From IMG/VR virus record IMGVR_UViG_3300010354_000118, positions 1 through 53,807 of that record: DNA of 53,807 nucleotides. The stretch is one strand, 5' to 3'. The notes below the pieces were generated by a model. It ran no database searches. It worked only from the letters and a program-made list of their open reading frames with translations, and was not told the DNA's origin. A program made the translations under genes and the position numbers. Below are positions 31,001 through 39,571 of this stretch, piece by piece. The DNA is from a virus (taxonomy: Duplodnaviria > Caudoviricetes). Within the stretch, counting starts at the first letter, position 1, and each line of letters begins with the position of its first letter.

Positions 31001-34000
31001 GTCCAGTATAACTAGTACCTCTAAAATTTATTGCTATAATATCTGTTATTAGCGGACTATGACTCATCAACCAAGAACAATTAACTATTGTAGGATTATT
31101 TGCGTAAGGAGTTGCAGATGCTCTTTTCTCGTCGTGCCATGCTTTGATATATTTGAATACGAGGGTCGTAGGAAAGTTGTCTACATCCATGTCAAAGATT
31201 CTGGCCTTTCTAGCCCAACCTTGTGTATTTCCAGCGATAATACCTGCAACATGCGCACTGTGCTTCATTCTCAAATCGATAGGAGATGTCACAGGGGTAT
31301 AGGTAGTTGCTGTGGTCGGATCTCCTACTGTGGTTTTAAGCGAAAACCAATTATAATATTCTACTCTGGTTCCGCCGGTTCCATCAGGATTTAGTGCGAA
31401 TTCAGGATGGTTAGGATCAGTCCAACCTACATCACAGATTACAACGTCGACATTAGATGCTGAAGTAGACAGGTAAAAACTACCACCTAGATCAGTAACA
31501 TTTGTATCCGCTCCCCAATTTGCCACAGGATTTTGACCGTTATAAACACGCCAAAGTCCCCAATTAACGTCTGTAGGTTTATTTGCTTCAGCCTTGCTAA
31601 AACTATTAGAGCTCACAGAAACCAAGGACGATATACTATTTGTTATAGTGGTTACTAGACCCATGGGACTAGCTATTGGTATTATGGCGAGAGGATGTAC
31701 ATTGAATAATCTTCCATATTCGCAAGCTGCCATTACAGCTAAATGACCCCCAACACTAGTTCCCGTTACCACTAGATCATATTGTTTATAGTATTCATTT
31801 ATAATCTTCCAATAACCTATTCCGTTTTTAGTAAATTGATCTCCTGCTCCTTGAACATAGATAAACTTTAAAATTGTCAAAATATCGTTGACATTTTGCG
31901 CTTGTGAGCCAAAATCTGTTGTTTCAAAGTTATTCGCTTCTCCTGTACTACTGGCTATATACACAGAATTGAAGGCATTTTTTACCAATCTATAATTACA
32001 ATTAATAACGATATATCCTTGCTGTACAAGATCTATTGCCAAATATTCGTCGCTTACAATATTTTTTACAGGATCATTTGAAGAAAAAGTAGGTAATGTT
32101 GAAATATCTATTGCGAATGGTAATGCCTGGTTAGGGGTATTAGCTGATGTTTCTAATACCAAATGCTGTGTTGATGCAACTATAGGTCCAGATGGGCCAC
32201 CGGTTCTAATTTTTATATCTACTAATGTATCTCCTATAAACTGTGCATCCTGAGGGAATCTAATTGTAAAACTTTTTCGAAATTGATCTTCATTAATATC
32301 CCATTCTGTTACAGCAGTATTGCCAATCAAACTGGTTCTTATAAAACGTTCTTCGCAGGTTATCCAAAATTCGCCTTCTACTTTATCAGAACTAACAATG
32401 ATCGATATAGTAATTCCTTCGTTAGCAGAGTAACTAGACAGGCTCACAATAGACCAATTGGCAGTTTCCTGTGAAACATTAACATTTTCCGTTATTGATT
32501 TTGCTTGATCAATTAAACTTATATTTGGTTGAATAGTTAAATCAATTTCTGTTTTAGAATTAGACGCTGATGCAGACAAATACCTAGAAATGCTTTTAGT
32601 TCCCCCTGACCATCCCCCTCCATGCACCATCATTACCATGCCTTTGACCATTCCGGAAGTTGGTATCAATAAATCTACACTTTGAAGAAAGTCGTTTCCA
32701 TAGGGGATATCATATATAACTCTAAAATTTTCAAATGACTCAGACTCTGGTACTGCAACTTTATCGAATATATATACAGATCCGTTTGTACCATCACCTA
32801 AGGTAGTGACAGCTATTCTACTTCCTTCTAGATTTCCTGCTATCTTTGTCCCAAATCTTTGCCCTATTGCGCTAGAGACTGGCAAAAATTGCTGTTTAGG
32901 AGAATTTACGTTAGCTCGATAAGTTTTTTTAATGGCAGCATCAAATGGCGTTATACCTCCATCAAAAACAGTTGTATCTCTATCGAAGATTGTTCTTTTT
33001 GAATCAAAACTTTCATAAAATAAATCATAGACAAAGACAGCGCCAGAAGCAGTATTATATCCAGGAGCTCCTACTAAAATCGTTTTATTCAAAGGTGTAG
33101 ACGATATGTAAACACTATAACCAAACTCAAGATTATTTTGAGGGTATTGAGAAATAAGTGTTGTTAATCTTTTATCTTGATTAGATGTAGATTGGAAAAT
33201 TGATGAAACAGTCACTAGTCCCTGATTAACATAATTAGAAACTGTAGACCCGGGAACAGCCAGAAATGTAGCATTATTCAATATTTTAGTAGGAATTTTA
33301 GAAGCATAAGGACTTCCTACTACAACTAAGTCATCAGAAGAATCAAAAGACAAAGAATGACCAAATCCGGCAGAAGGATAATTTATATTGTCAAAATATT
33401 GTTGATTTTGATAATTTAGATAAAAAGAAGAAATTATTTTTTTATTAGAACTATCTATAATAAAAACTTTACCATATTGATTAATTGAATCATTTTTCAA
33501 ATTTGCAGCGGTCAATATAATGATTTTATTTTCTTCATTAGAAATTATTTTAGTTCCAAATCTCTGCAGATTAGATCTTTCAGGTCTAATCTTATCTATG
33601 GCGTAATTTTTTATTTTTTGATATACTTCCCATTTACCCTTTTCGTTGTTATCTATCCATAATTTTTGATCAATAGCTATATCTGCAATACCATTGACAT
33701 TAATTAAACTATCTATATCTACTAATCTAGCAGTTTCTAGTCTGCATAATACCGCTTGGTCGACTCTTTCTGGTAAATCGGCTTGAGATTCTATAACGAA
33801 ACTGTTTAGAGACGGAATAGAAATTATTTCAAATACTTTATCAAAATCATCATTCAAATATTGAATTAAAACTCTGTCTCCTTGATTAAGGTAATGATAA
33901 TTTTTTGTTGTAACCTTAAATGATTGCCCAGATTGATAATTTTCTACGTTTATCACAGGATTTTTCAAACGCACTGTTCTATAAATCATCCAATCATTAT

Positions 34001-37000
34001 TTTGATCAAAAGCTACCCATATACTTTGGCCTGCAGACAATTTGATTTTTGATTCTTTTAATTCGTTCCAATTTTTAATAATGATATCGACATCATCTGG
34101 TCTAGGATACCCTGCATCCATTAAAACATGGCCATTATTTTCAAAATTTACTGACAAAGGTTTGAATATATTTTCTATATCAAATAAATTAGGCTTAATG
34201 GTTATTTTTTCATTAGTAACCTGGTACCTAACAGTTTCTAAAATATCTTGTTCTTTTTTAAACTGAACTAGTTGCCTATTATCAATAAATTCTTTTTCGT
34301 TTAATAAAAATTCTAATTCAATTAGAGATGAATAAGAGCCGAGATTGCCTAATCTTAATGCCCACTCTTCAGACACCGAAATTTTTGTATTTGAATTTTC
34401 AGAACTGGCTTTAGATATATTTTCAAGTGCTAATCTTGTACCTTTTTCTCTAATATATCCTTGATAGAATTTGTATTGTGTAATTGGATTAATTAAAATA
34501 TTGGTTAGATAGGGTCTAGGACTATAGCCAATAAGATGTTGAGCTAACTTTTGTTGCCCAGAATCAAAATTATCAATATCTAAACTATAGAAATCCTCGA
34601 ATTGATTAATTTTATAATCAAAATTTGGTAACAAATCTGCTATTGGTTTATCCCCTAGTAGATCCCAATCAGCTTGTTCAAAATCCTTAGTGCCTATAAT
34701 ATTACGTTTTAAACTATAATATTTGTTATTATATCTTACTAAATCTCCTGCTAGATAATCACTGTATGGTTGCCAATCTTGTATATAAGCATCATCGTAA
34801 ATAAATCCGGGTGTAAAATAATCGCCATTCCAGTCTATGGTTTTAAATCCTACAAGTCGTATACGTGTTTGTCTATAACCTTTGACACGATCATAGATAA
34901 CATCATTGAATCTACTTAAATTATTAAAAATTAAAATATGTTCTTTTTGAACAAGATTTAATCTAACAAAATATATAGCGTTTTCATTATTAATTGTATG
35001 AATTATAAAATTAATACCATCTCTTTCTAAACTAAAAGAATCTTTGGTCAAAGGTTTCCCAGATTCATCAAGAATATTATACTCATAAAATGAATTAAAA
35101 ATATTATCAACTACACCAGATTCACTAACTAATGTAAATTTATTTGCAAAAGGACTAAGTGTAAGTACACTATCTAATGCCCAATTTTGAGTAGACCAAA
35201 ATAAAAACTCCTTGATACTGAATGTCCAATTAATTATTTCTGCTAGATCGGTGTTATAGTCATCAAATACCACACCTATACTGCTTAGAAAATTATCATA
35301 TCCTAAAATAAAATCTACTACTTCCTGAACGTTAGAATAAATTTTTCCATAAGGAACTCTTGTTATATTATTTTCAAATTGAATCGCTAGGTAGACTTCT
35401 GCACCTCCAAACTCAGGTAGGTCTGTTAAAAGATTATAATTTCTACTGTCAAATAAATCCCCACTGGTATGATTTGTGTTTACTCTATAATACCTATTTT
35501 CATACTTGACCACAGCGCCTGTGCTATAGAATATTCTGCTTGCCCAGATTTCATATTCTTCTAATCTACCGCCAACTCTCAGTACTTTCTCACCTGTAGT
35601 ATGTATTACTTGTCTAATTTCAAAGTAGCTGGTTTTATTATCATAACCTCTAATTTGATAACCGTTGGCAACTTTTTGTACAATAACTCCACTCATACTA
35701 ACTGTTTTAACAGCATTACTAGAGTTTAAAAATATTTCATAGTCTTCAGAAGGTAATAAAATACCAGAGGACTGGCTATCCGGATCTAGAGAATCTATTA
35801 CAATTTGTAGTTTATCTTTGCTGATAAATCCACCTACCTTGTGTGCTAGTCTGTAATCAACAAAGGTTAAATCTTCATATAAATTGTTAACATAATTTAA
35901 ATTATTGGTCTGATTGGCTTCAACTAATAACACACTGTAACCGGAGGTTAATGTCTTTGTGTTATTTTTGATAAGATAAGGTATATCAAGTTTGTTAAGA
36001 CTAGGAAATAGATTAGAGTCTTTTTTAACTAGTTGATTATTAATTCTAACATATCTACTAGGATCCCATAATGTAGACAGATATTTGGCAGGCTTAGTCA
36101 GAATAGCTAAAATCTGAACAGCATAAGGCCAAGCACTGCTTCTACGCCAGGCAGTTTCAGCAGGTCCATGATCCCCAAACTCCCATGTATCATTTTGAAA
36201 ATTAAGATATTGTATTGGTAGAGGTGACCAATTTATAAGGTTGATTAGGTCACCATTACTATCAACTGGAATATAATTAATTAAACCGTCACGTTTATAT
36301 AAATTATCTTGACCTTTCCTAATTCCTTGACGGATAATACCTTTTTCTAAATCTTCCCATAATATGTTATTATTTTTTGTATAGGGAGCAGGTCCATATT
36401 CTTGTTCCCACCATTCAGGTTGTTCACCAAATCCCAACATTTCCCATGGATTAGTATGTGGCCTATCGGTGTCAAAAAATAACTTGAAAATTCCACGCCA
36501 ATTTCCAGGAAACTTATAACCTCTAGTAGTTACCAGTTCGCTGAAATTAAATGATCTTAGATCTTCATTATCATAGAATGTGTTATTTTCATAATCTATA
36601 TTGTATCCCGATTTCCATTTTACAAAATCAGGATATATGACATTCATAATATCCCAATAATCAGCGCCCCATGTGTTTGATCTTGTCAAACTAGGTAAAA
36701 CACTATTAATATCAAACAGTGAGTGATCGTACGTTGCTTTTATAGAATTATATACTCTTGTCTCATACTCTAAAATTATGTCATCTCTATAATCATTATA
36801 GGCCACAATAATGCTACCATCATGTCCTTGAATTACCTTTACTGGCTCCCCAATATAGGTATTATCAAAATACATTGAGGGCTTGAATTTAGGATATAAT
36901 CCTAGACTAGTTGGGGTAGGAGGAACATAATTTCCTACTATAGAAACATAGCATCTTATGTTAATTTTATCATTCAATTCTATATCAATCTTCAACTCAA

Positions 37001-39566
37001 TAGTTTGATCAACACTGTTAATAATATAATCTGTACCATGTATAAGCTGAACATCATTAAGATAAACATAGACTGCTTTTTCCGACAGCACTGTAGGATC
37101 GAATGCCATAGGCATATAATAGGTCTTAACCTGTATATTACTAACTTGATATTCTTTAAACGACGTAGGTAATCCTATACCTAGCATTAGACTATTGTAA
37201 AAACCAAACTGTGAAATTTTATCTTTGTTAATAAAAGATAAAACTTGATCTAAAAATACATAAGCAGGACCGATATAAGGCCTATCAGTTATAAATTTTA
37301 ATAAGTTATGCTTAAATTGATTATACTGTTCAGATACCTGCCTAATCGCAGATATAATGTTATTATTTTTATCAGAGAGAAACGCTAAACTATATGCTAA
37401 ACTGTTTTCATTTAAAATGAGTCTAGTGCCTGTATTGAAAAGATAAGCTAACGAACTGAGATTACTTACACCAGGATATGATCCTTTAAAATCATTTGAC
37501 GCTTTAACAATAGTTTCTACATGGTCAAAAATTTCAGAGTAGGTAAGATTATTTGAATATTCATTTAGAGGATTATTTTCATTGTTAATAGGAAATTCAT
37601 ATAATCCATCTGTTGTAATTTTTAATTCATAATCTTGTTGCTCAGAATAAACATTTTTAAACTCAAATGTATAACTTTGTTCTAATTCATTGTAAAAATA
37701 TTTTTTAAGATAACAGGCATTTACCTGTTTAAAAATCACAGTATCTCCCTCTACAATACTGATAACATCCGTGTTATAATTATTGTCAAAAAGGTAAGAA
37801 CTTTCTATCTTGGTATTTTTATATTTTAATGGAAATCCTAAAACTTTATCATCGGTACCTGTACCTTGAGCATAACTAAAAACTTTTGTGCCTTTGAAAT
37901 CAGACTGAAATAATGCACTTGAATACGAGATTCCATTGGGATCAAAAAGATCAAATAGAGGTGCTTGGTTCCTTGAAGTTTTTTCTTGGCTTAGGATCCA
38001 ATTAGTACCATCAAAAAAGTAAGATTTTCCTTTGTTGGTTTCTCCGTCTAATACTACAATATTGGCTCCTTCCGTAACTTCGTGAAGAACCTTTAAATCT
38101 ATTTTTTGAAGACCTGTTACTGAGACAATATCTACTTCGTAAATTTTATTTCTTACAGCTACATCGTTATCTAATGCAAATATAACAGTGTCCCCTTTTT
38201 GAAGAGAATAACCATCTGCCATGAAACCAAAACTATTTTCAACTTTATAAAATGCATTAGTTTGCAATTGATCTAGAGCTTTAATATTTCCTAGAGAATA
38301 ATGTCCAAATTTAAAAAGTTTAAGCCCGCTAACGAATTCGATTATGGGTCTATTCGCTCGATAATTTTGAGGTAATACAGGCAATTTGCCATTGATGGAT
38401 GCTACTGCCTTTAAAACACTAGAATGATACCATCTATTATACCGTGACCAGGGATTAAGATCTTTGCTGGCACGATTGATTGTGACGTATTCAGGTACAA
38501 TTGGTAAATTTTTAAATGAATCAAATGGGTATATATCAAAATTATATCCGTCAAATCTATCATCGATAAGTTCTGTTATATCTTGTTCTGGATTTTGTAG
38601 TGTAGACCTATCCACAAGTCTTATGCTATCTCCAACACCTTCAACTATATAGATCTTATTTCTATAAGACTCGGGATAAACAGTTCCGTCAAATCTTACA
38701 GTAAGGCCATTTATAAATTCAATATTATTTCCTGATGTATAGCTCTTTTTTCCTACTATTTCATCTACATTGATAACAGTATTTTCGTCCTGGTCAAATA
38801 TATTAATAGCCCCTACAGATAGTTGTTCATTTAGAGCTGCATAAAATAATCTATCAGGTGTATCCCAATTTACAGTAAAAACAATTTTGCCTTTATTTGT
38901 ACCATTATTTACAACACCGCTATCATAACTATTACCGTCTGCAAGGAAGGCATTGTTTGTATAGGTGATAAAAAAGCTTCTAGCACAATCAACATCAAAC
39001 ACATAGGTATAACCCCGATATAATTTTAATTCGGCCGATGGAGTTCTAGAATCAAAATCAAATTGAATTCCGTCCTTGTTATCTTTAACCGAAATTGTAG
39101 TTACAGGTTCTATAATATTACCAGAAACATCAACAGGGTCAATGCCCATAGGAAACCAATAGTATTCTCTAAAATTAATAAACTTATCCCAATCAATCTG
39201 CGGATAGTAAGAATAAAATTTTTGTTCTAATAGATCTTTTAAGTTATAGGGAGTTTTATAAAAATTTAATTGATTAATTAGATCTTCAAGGCCTAGAACT
39301 TTTTTAGTTACTTGATCTTTACTTCTAATAATTAAACTAGGTTCTAATTGATATTGTTGTCTAAGTTGAGTAGGTTCTACTACATATTGATCTGTAGATT
39401 TATAATTAGGGGATGATTTTCTACCTACAAATGAATCAATACGGTTTAGCGCAGCAGGTTCTATTAATTGGTCAAGTGTATTACCTAAGAATTTCTTATT
39501 CTTTTCTGTTCTAAAAAAAGCCGGTAGTAAGTTTACTGTGCTTCTATTATTTTTTTTACCAGCCAT
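22008..39566 (-). CDS. giant (5852 aa) baseplate wedge-like structural protein with FG-GAP-like repeats, an alpha/beta hydrolase, two S8 subtilase domains and a NIDO-like domain
   Basis: Directly follows gp6; N-terminal NLLPAFFRT..NKKFL; VGSPY/VGAPG/IGAQG propeller repeats; HGGGW and GTSVGG esterase motifs; SGTSMAAPQVAG; YVGSNGYLTFG. Confidence 0.8.
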   Translation of the reverse strand: MAGKKNNRSTVNLLPAFFRTEKNKKFLGNTLDQLIEPAALNRIDSFVGRKSSPNYKSTDQYVVEPTQLRQQYQLEPSLIIRSKDQVTKKVLGLEDLINQLNFYKTPYNLKDLLEQKFYSYYPQIDWDKFINFREYYWFPMGIDPVDVSGNIIEPVTTISVKDNKDGIQFDFDSRTPSAELKLYRGYTYVFDVDCARSFFITYTNNAFLADGNSYDSGVVNNGTNKGKIVFTVNWDTPDRLFYAALNEQLSVGAINIFDQDENTVINVDEIVGKKSYTSGNNIEFINGLTVRFDGTVYPESYRNKIYIVEGVGDSIRLVDRSTLQNPEQDITELIDDRFDGYNFDIYPFDSFKNLPIVPEYVTINRASKDLNPWSRYNRWYHSSVLKAVASINGKLPVLPQNYRANRPIIEFVSGLKLFKFGHYSLGNIKALDQLQTNAFYKVENSFGFMADGYSLQKGDTVIFALDNDVAVRNKIYEVDIVSVTGLQKIDLKVLHEVTEGANIVVLDGETNKGKSYFFDGTNWILSQEKTSRNQAPLFDLFDPNGISYSSALFQSDFKGTKVFSYAQGTGTDDKVLGFPLKYKNTKIESSYLFDNNYNTDVISIVEGDTVIFKQVNACYLKKYFYNELEQSYTFEFKNVYSEQQDYELKITTDGLYEFPINNENNPLNEYSNNLTYSEIFDHVETIVKASNDFKGSYPGVSNLSSLAYLFNTGTRLILNENSLAYSLAFLSDKNNNIISAIRQVSEQYNQFKHNLLKFITDRPYIGPAYVFLDQVLSFINKDKISQFGFYNSLMLGIGLPTSFKEYQVSNIQVKTYYMPMAFDPTVLSEKAVYVYLNDVQLIHGTDYIINSVDQTIELKIDIELNDKINIRCYVSIVGNYVPPTPTSLGLYPKFKPSMYFDNTYIGEPVKVIQGHDGSIIVAYNDYRDDIILEYETRVYNSIKATYDHSLFDINSVLPSLTRSNTWGADYWDIMNVIYPDFVKWKSGYNIDYENNTFYDNEDLRSFNFSELVTTRGYKFPGNWRGIFKLFFDTDRPHTNPWEMLGFGEQPEWWEQEYGPAPYTKNNNILWEDLEKGIIRQGIRKGQDNLYKRDGLINYIPVDSNGDLINLINWSPLPIQYLNFQNDTWEFGDHGPAETAWRRSSAWPYAVQILAILTKPAKYLSTLWDPSRYVRINNQLVKKDSNLFPSLNKLDIPYLIKNNTKTLTSGYSVLLVEANQTNNLNYVNNLYEDLTFVDYRLAHKVGGFISKDKLQIVIDSLDPDSQSSGILLPSEDYEIFLNSSNAVKTVSMSGVIVQKVANGYQIRGYDNKTSYFEIRQVIHTTGEKVLRVGGRLEEYEIWASRIFYSTGAVVKYENRYYRVNTNHTSGDLFDSRNYNLLTDLPEFGGAEVYLAIQFENNITRVPYGKIYSNVQEVVDFILGYDNFLSSIGVVFDDYNTDLAEIINWTFSIKEFLFWSTQNWALDSVLTLSPFANKFTLVSESGVVDNIFNSFYEYNILDESGKPLTKDSFSLERDGINFIIHTINNENAIYFVRLNLVQKEHILIFNNLSRFNDVIYDRVKGYRQTRIRLVGFKTIDWNGDYFTPGFIYDDAYIQDWQPYSDYLAGDLVRYNNKYYSLKRNIIGTKDFEQADWDLLGDKPIADLLPNFDYKINQFEDFYSLDIDNFDSGQQKLAQHLIGYSPRPYLTNILINPITQYKFYQGYIREKGTRLALENISKASSENSNTKISVSEEWALRLGNLGSYSSLIELEFLLNEKEFIDNRQLVQFKKEQDILETVRYQVTNEKITIKPNLFDIENIFKPLSVNFENNGHVLMDAGYPRPDDVDIIIKNWNELKESKIKLSAGQSIWVAFDQNNDWMIYRTVRLKNPVINVENYQSGQSFKVTTKNYHYLNQGDRVLIQYLNDDFDKVFEIISIPSLNSFVIESQADLPERVDQAVLCRLETARLVDIDSLINVNGIADIAIDQKLWIDNNEKGKWEVYQKIKNYAIDKIRPERSNLQRFGTKIISNEENKIIILTAANLKNDSINQYGKVFIIDSSNKKIISSFYLNYQNQQYFDNINYPSAGFGHSLSFDSSDDLVVVGSPYASKIPTKILNNATFLAVPGSTVSNYVNQGLVTVSSIFQSTSNQDKRLTTLISQYPQNNLEFGYSVYISSTPLNKTILVGAPGYNTASGAVFVYDLFYESFDSKRTIFDRDTTVFDGGITPFDAAIKKTYRANVNSPKQQFLPVSSAIGQRFGTKIAGNLEGSRIAVTTLGDGTNGSVYIFDKVAVPESESFENFRVIYDIPYGNDFLQSVDLLIPTSGMVKGMVMMVHGGGWSGGTKSISRYLSASASNSKTEIDLTIQPNISLIDQAKSITENVNVSQETANWSIVSLSSYSANEGITISIIVSSDKVEGEFWITCEERFIRTSLIGNTAVTEWDINEDQFRKSFTIRFPQDAQFIGDTLVDIKIRTGGPSGPIVASTQHLVLETSANTPNQALPFAIDISTLPTFSSNDPVKNIVSDEYLAIDLVQQGYIVINCNYRLVKNAFNSVYIASSTGEANNFETTDFGSQAQNVNDILTILKFIYVQGAGDQFTKNGIGYWKIINEYYKQYDLVVTGTSVGGHLAVMAACEYGRLFNVHPLAIIPIASPMGLVTTITNSISSLVSVSSNSFSKAEANKPTDVNWGLWRVYNGQNPVANWGADTNVTDLGGSFYLSTSASNVDVVICDVGWTDPNHPEFALNPDGTGGTRVEYYNWFSLKTTVGDPTTATTYTPVTSPIDLRMKHSAHVAGIIAGNTQGWARKARIFDMDVDNFPTTLVFKYIKAWHDEKRASATPYANNPTIVNCSWLMSHSPLITDIIAINFRGTSYTGPFTTSTLALYGLRVDASNRIQVPNYDTTVAADVSACLAAGIIITASAGNYGLKVTANAADPDYNNTITATGYNSGNPIYYMRGGTPGSVPGVILVGAIRANSNIVGVDGIANFSNRGDRIDIFAPGAYITSAWLDDQPYTSSFGYTGLPPAIDARSTSTTYYLAKASGTSMAAPQVAGVLALMASINPALDATTAKAALIAAAGINQISTSSGGIMDPYDLLGSPNRYLKLPANLIGSISGTSTNGIPNEVVFNVLNPYTNNGANAQVLSPVYKYASWKTSIETNRVKFYFLHSVFDNIVPLSNIQEFTDLLPTDQVVTVLDSAGLEIPGVYSHAINIPDAQQQLYTWLREIFKNNKSYNLVQILAWDSPQNLGIIKTESLYADDIDMDDVGNYLYVTAPNSVNLQGTLGKVLVYKWSENSFKFHQVLENPTQFKELKFGASVESNKDGTVIAIGAQGTSTFYSMTFDKNTTFFDNKYTKFGGLKKDSGSVYVYNRLDEFYLFAEELNDISLPGDDDYGFGLAVDTNTVYVGAPDTIHKLTDDSKYKGYKQTDNFSKGTSITSTVKNWGLLRIFDGANLDSLWGAGSSTMSKSGSLDLVNNGKGVDILIIGGYIDPSHPEFAVYPNGSGGSRVKYVNWFSYKIPGDINAGSTYSAALLSNLNDSNFDSRHSTHLASIVAGNTQGWARGADIYNISPSYAYPVINDRFIYKYILEWYKERRLNYNYRPVIILIAADSFLTVEYSGITSINFRGITTSTISTSTLATKGIHLKQSGPYENKILISRYLPDLANDLQECINAGMIAISGAGDSSLKIVKTFEDQDYYNYITASGLNNNNPIYYNRPLGHRLIQSTIIVGNISDSSAGPGIDSLSTSSNSGPRIDLFAPGTNIMGAWVGTSSNAVLDLRSSTHYITKNSGSDVAAAQVAGVVALILEQNPTLSQSGVKTIIYDIATSKGQIQYTTGSVADLYDINGAVNRYLKLPDTINSIKNKSRDGCVYVWDRIDTNNLSWKRLRYQDQYVNVDPDSIRSAKLIDIKKEEVVDYLTIFDPLKGKIPSIADQEIRYKTQFDPAVYNQGTNNLDQKQSWGKEKVGELWWDLSNLKYIYYDQGDDDFKNAYWGKLFPGCSIDIYEWVESSINPTQWNELTGSEAGLIQGIDGIAKSTTDFSIEKIYDIYSDTFKTSYYFWVSGRSLVPNRQGRKISAGEITSIIQDPLFYGLPYLQALSPNSMSLVNVRSYLKSNDIVLNVLNDSINNTNKNHTEWFLLNENSKNGIPPLLERKFIDSIVGLDKLGNPIPDINLSARQRYGIDFRPKQSMFKNRFYALRNIIDYVNSIFEQNLIRDYYDLSRLFLREEEPDVAESSYDLAVEDIIDKDRIDIKTIKSAAVSAEIENGRITKVNILEPGLGYGRLVVKEVDINGNPIKWLGPRIYIENDLNGLELESIVDHLGRIIDIVIIRPGNDYQTVNLVIRPFSVLIRSDSTSNGRWAIYSYINSSWIKIKTQSFDTTRYWDFVDYKNKDYKSYQSYDAVIDNIYQLQTLDIKPSGYVKVNNYESRYLILRKTDGIQGNFTKDYDIVFGELSTIKLKDSLWDNRLSVLGFDQVTPFDVTLFDQTPNIELTNILTAIRDNIFVGILKSNWVAMFLTAVRYAHSEQKTLDWAFKTSFISVKAEINGLTQPGSYKFSNSEWYEDYVKEIKPFHSKIRNYALSYNNLEPFNGVITDFDYPLVYSEQQKTFVPLSLNDERINNEPHRSWSKNYKLFVEEIKIRDTGSGYLNPPEVIILSNQSQPLIRPARAKAYIRRGQVYKIEVLDQGDGYTETPTIVINSFEKTGENATAYCIMNNRKVRSNLINIKFDRITTSREVPSDRVTETFTFDGTKDYQTTRWAATPDKNQIEVKLNGINLLKNKFFVREYRKLKNSYHALMTDIVIDRIPNNGETLEVSYTKNVKLYSAVERMLDLYESGSGMSGNVVSQNMKGAEYPGTTLITEPLNPNYNFDNDLFESNEWGKVAFDVDNLDVQISGGDMTTSTSGAFLTARGVDPLDIRLDGDQFLSPWRSHAPEEMVKGEAYDTVGINVYSRSITAGPAFYRRVHTVEDVSTGTYSFSKGVYPGYPIIVTFNNQQLDRKVYDIDYNSRSIELKDDPTRYTVGPYFSKAIKSMNYSDDNFIENSDIGDDAFFGPYPLPIKWNMFGKTFDQVYVGSNGYLTFGYGFTNWTPLQFGFLTSPAIYVMYCDLWLSLGSNGQPLNSGRNPGLYTDSGTIGEWQYFKIRHEGGHYNERLQSPFPSYQYQVTLYTNGVYQYIEMVYGNVWKGINFNGDRGFITGVSTARSGSLNGSGTQIGYTAIRDNSSHVFYSLADGGNWVYAGEGSFSPNRVSDFVKSGSLEIIAAVPGGSRLLSVNYGNIPPGLDEYLFLTDADYNEVKSSAVDIYVNSATNYSYQIVQAPGFNASRAAVQISNLNSAGGTIVTSMFANESLHSTLFYEQFIDYRGIDNNLANTIYASGYTLKNPPAYNYSQSSQVIVELDGRRLTPPNTTYIKITENNQVEFSLQGRFSYPIESLGYSEIELFKNSVEVPGTAFFLDTDAMTVRLPNGYLVPGDTLGITIYQYPAEFRIIGNQIYIIKKYNTAGKLRVLSWPVQDNSFAINEVFPINGSGYYRISRVVYDENFVWVSLNGKALLGGSDFYVLSDKKTIKIDEDLMKETDGLVNILAFGYSETKTIGFKLFQDIFNRNHFKRISQQDTVYLTKELRYDDTEIEVSDGLVMANPYPEQNRPGIIFIAGERIEYLEKQGNTLRRIKRGTLGTGPREFYAIGTWVMDGSVKQNIPLTDNFQRVVISTTSTTNTYVINNIRFDDSIAYHDQVQVFYRGIPLVKPLKSGNKRLVHDKNYSFDNNSDLGLSELENDFSIIKQGTSTFKIILNTSTVNIQTGYPLSLVRRYVSDTSLLSVSVAKKPESSVSTFIHDRTAGIPDINYYGGDMYIRLDDGTYLTYDSGIRIKGF

Positions 39567-39571
39567 ATGCT

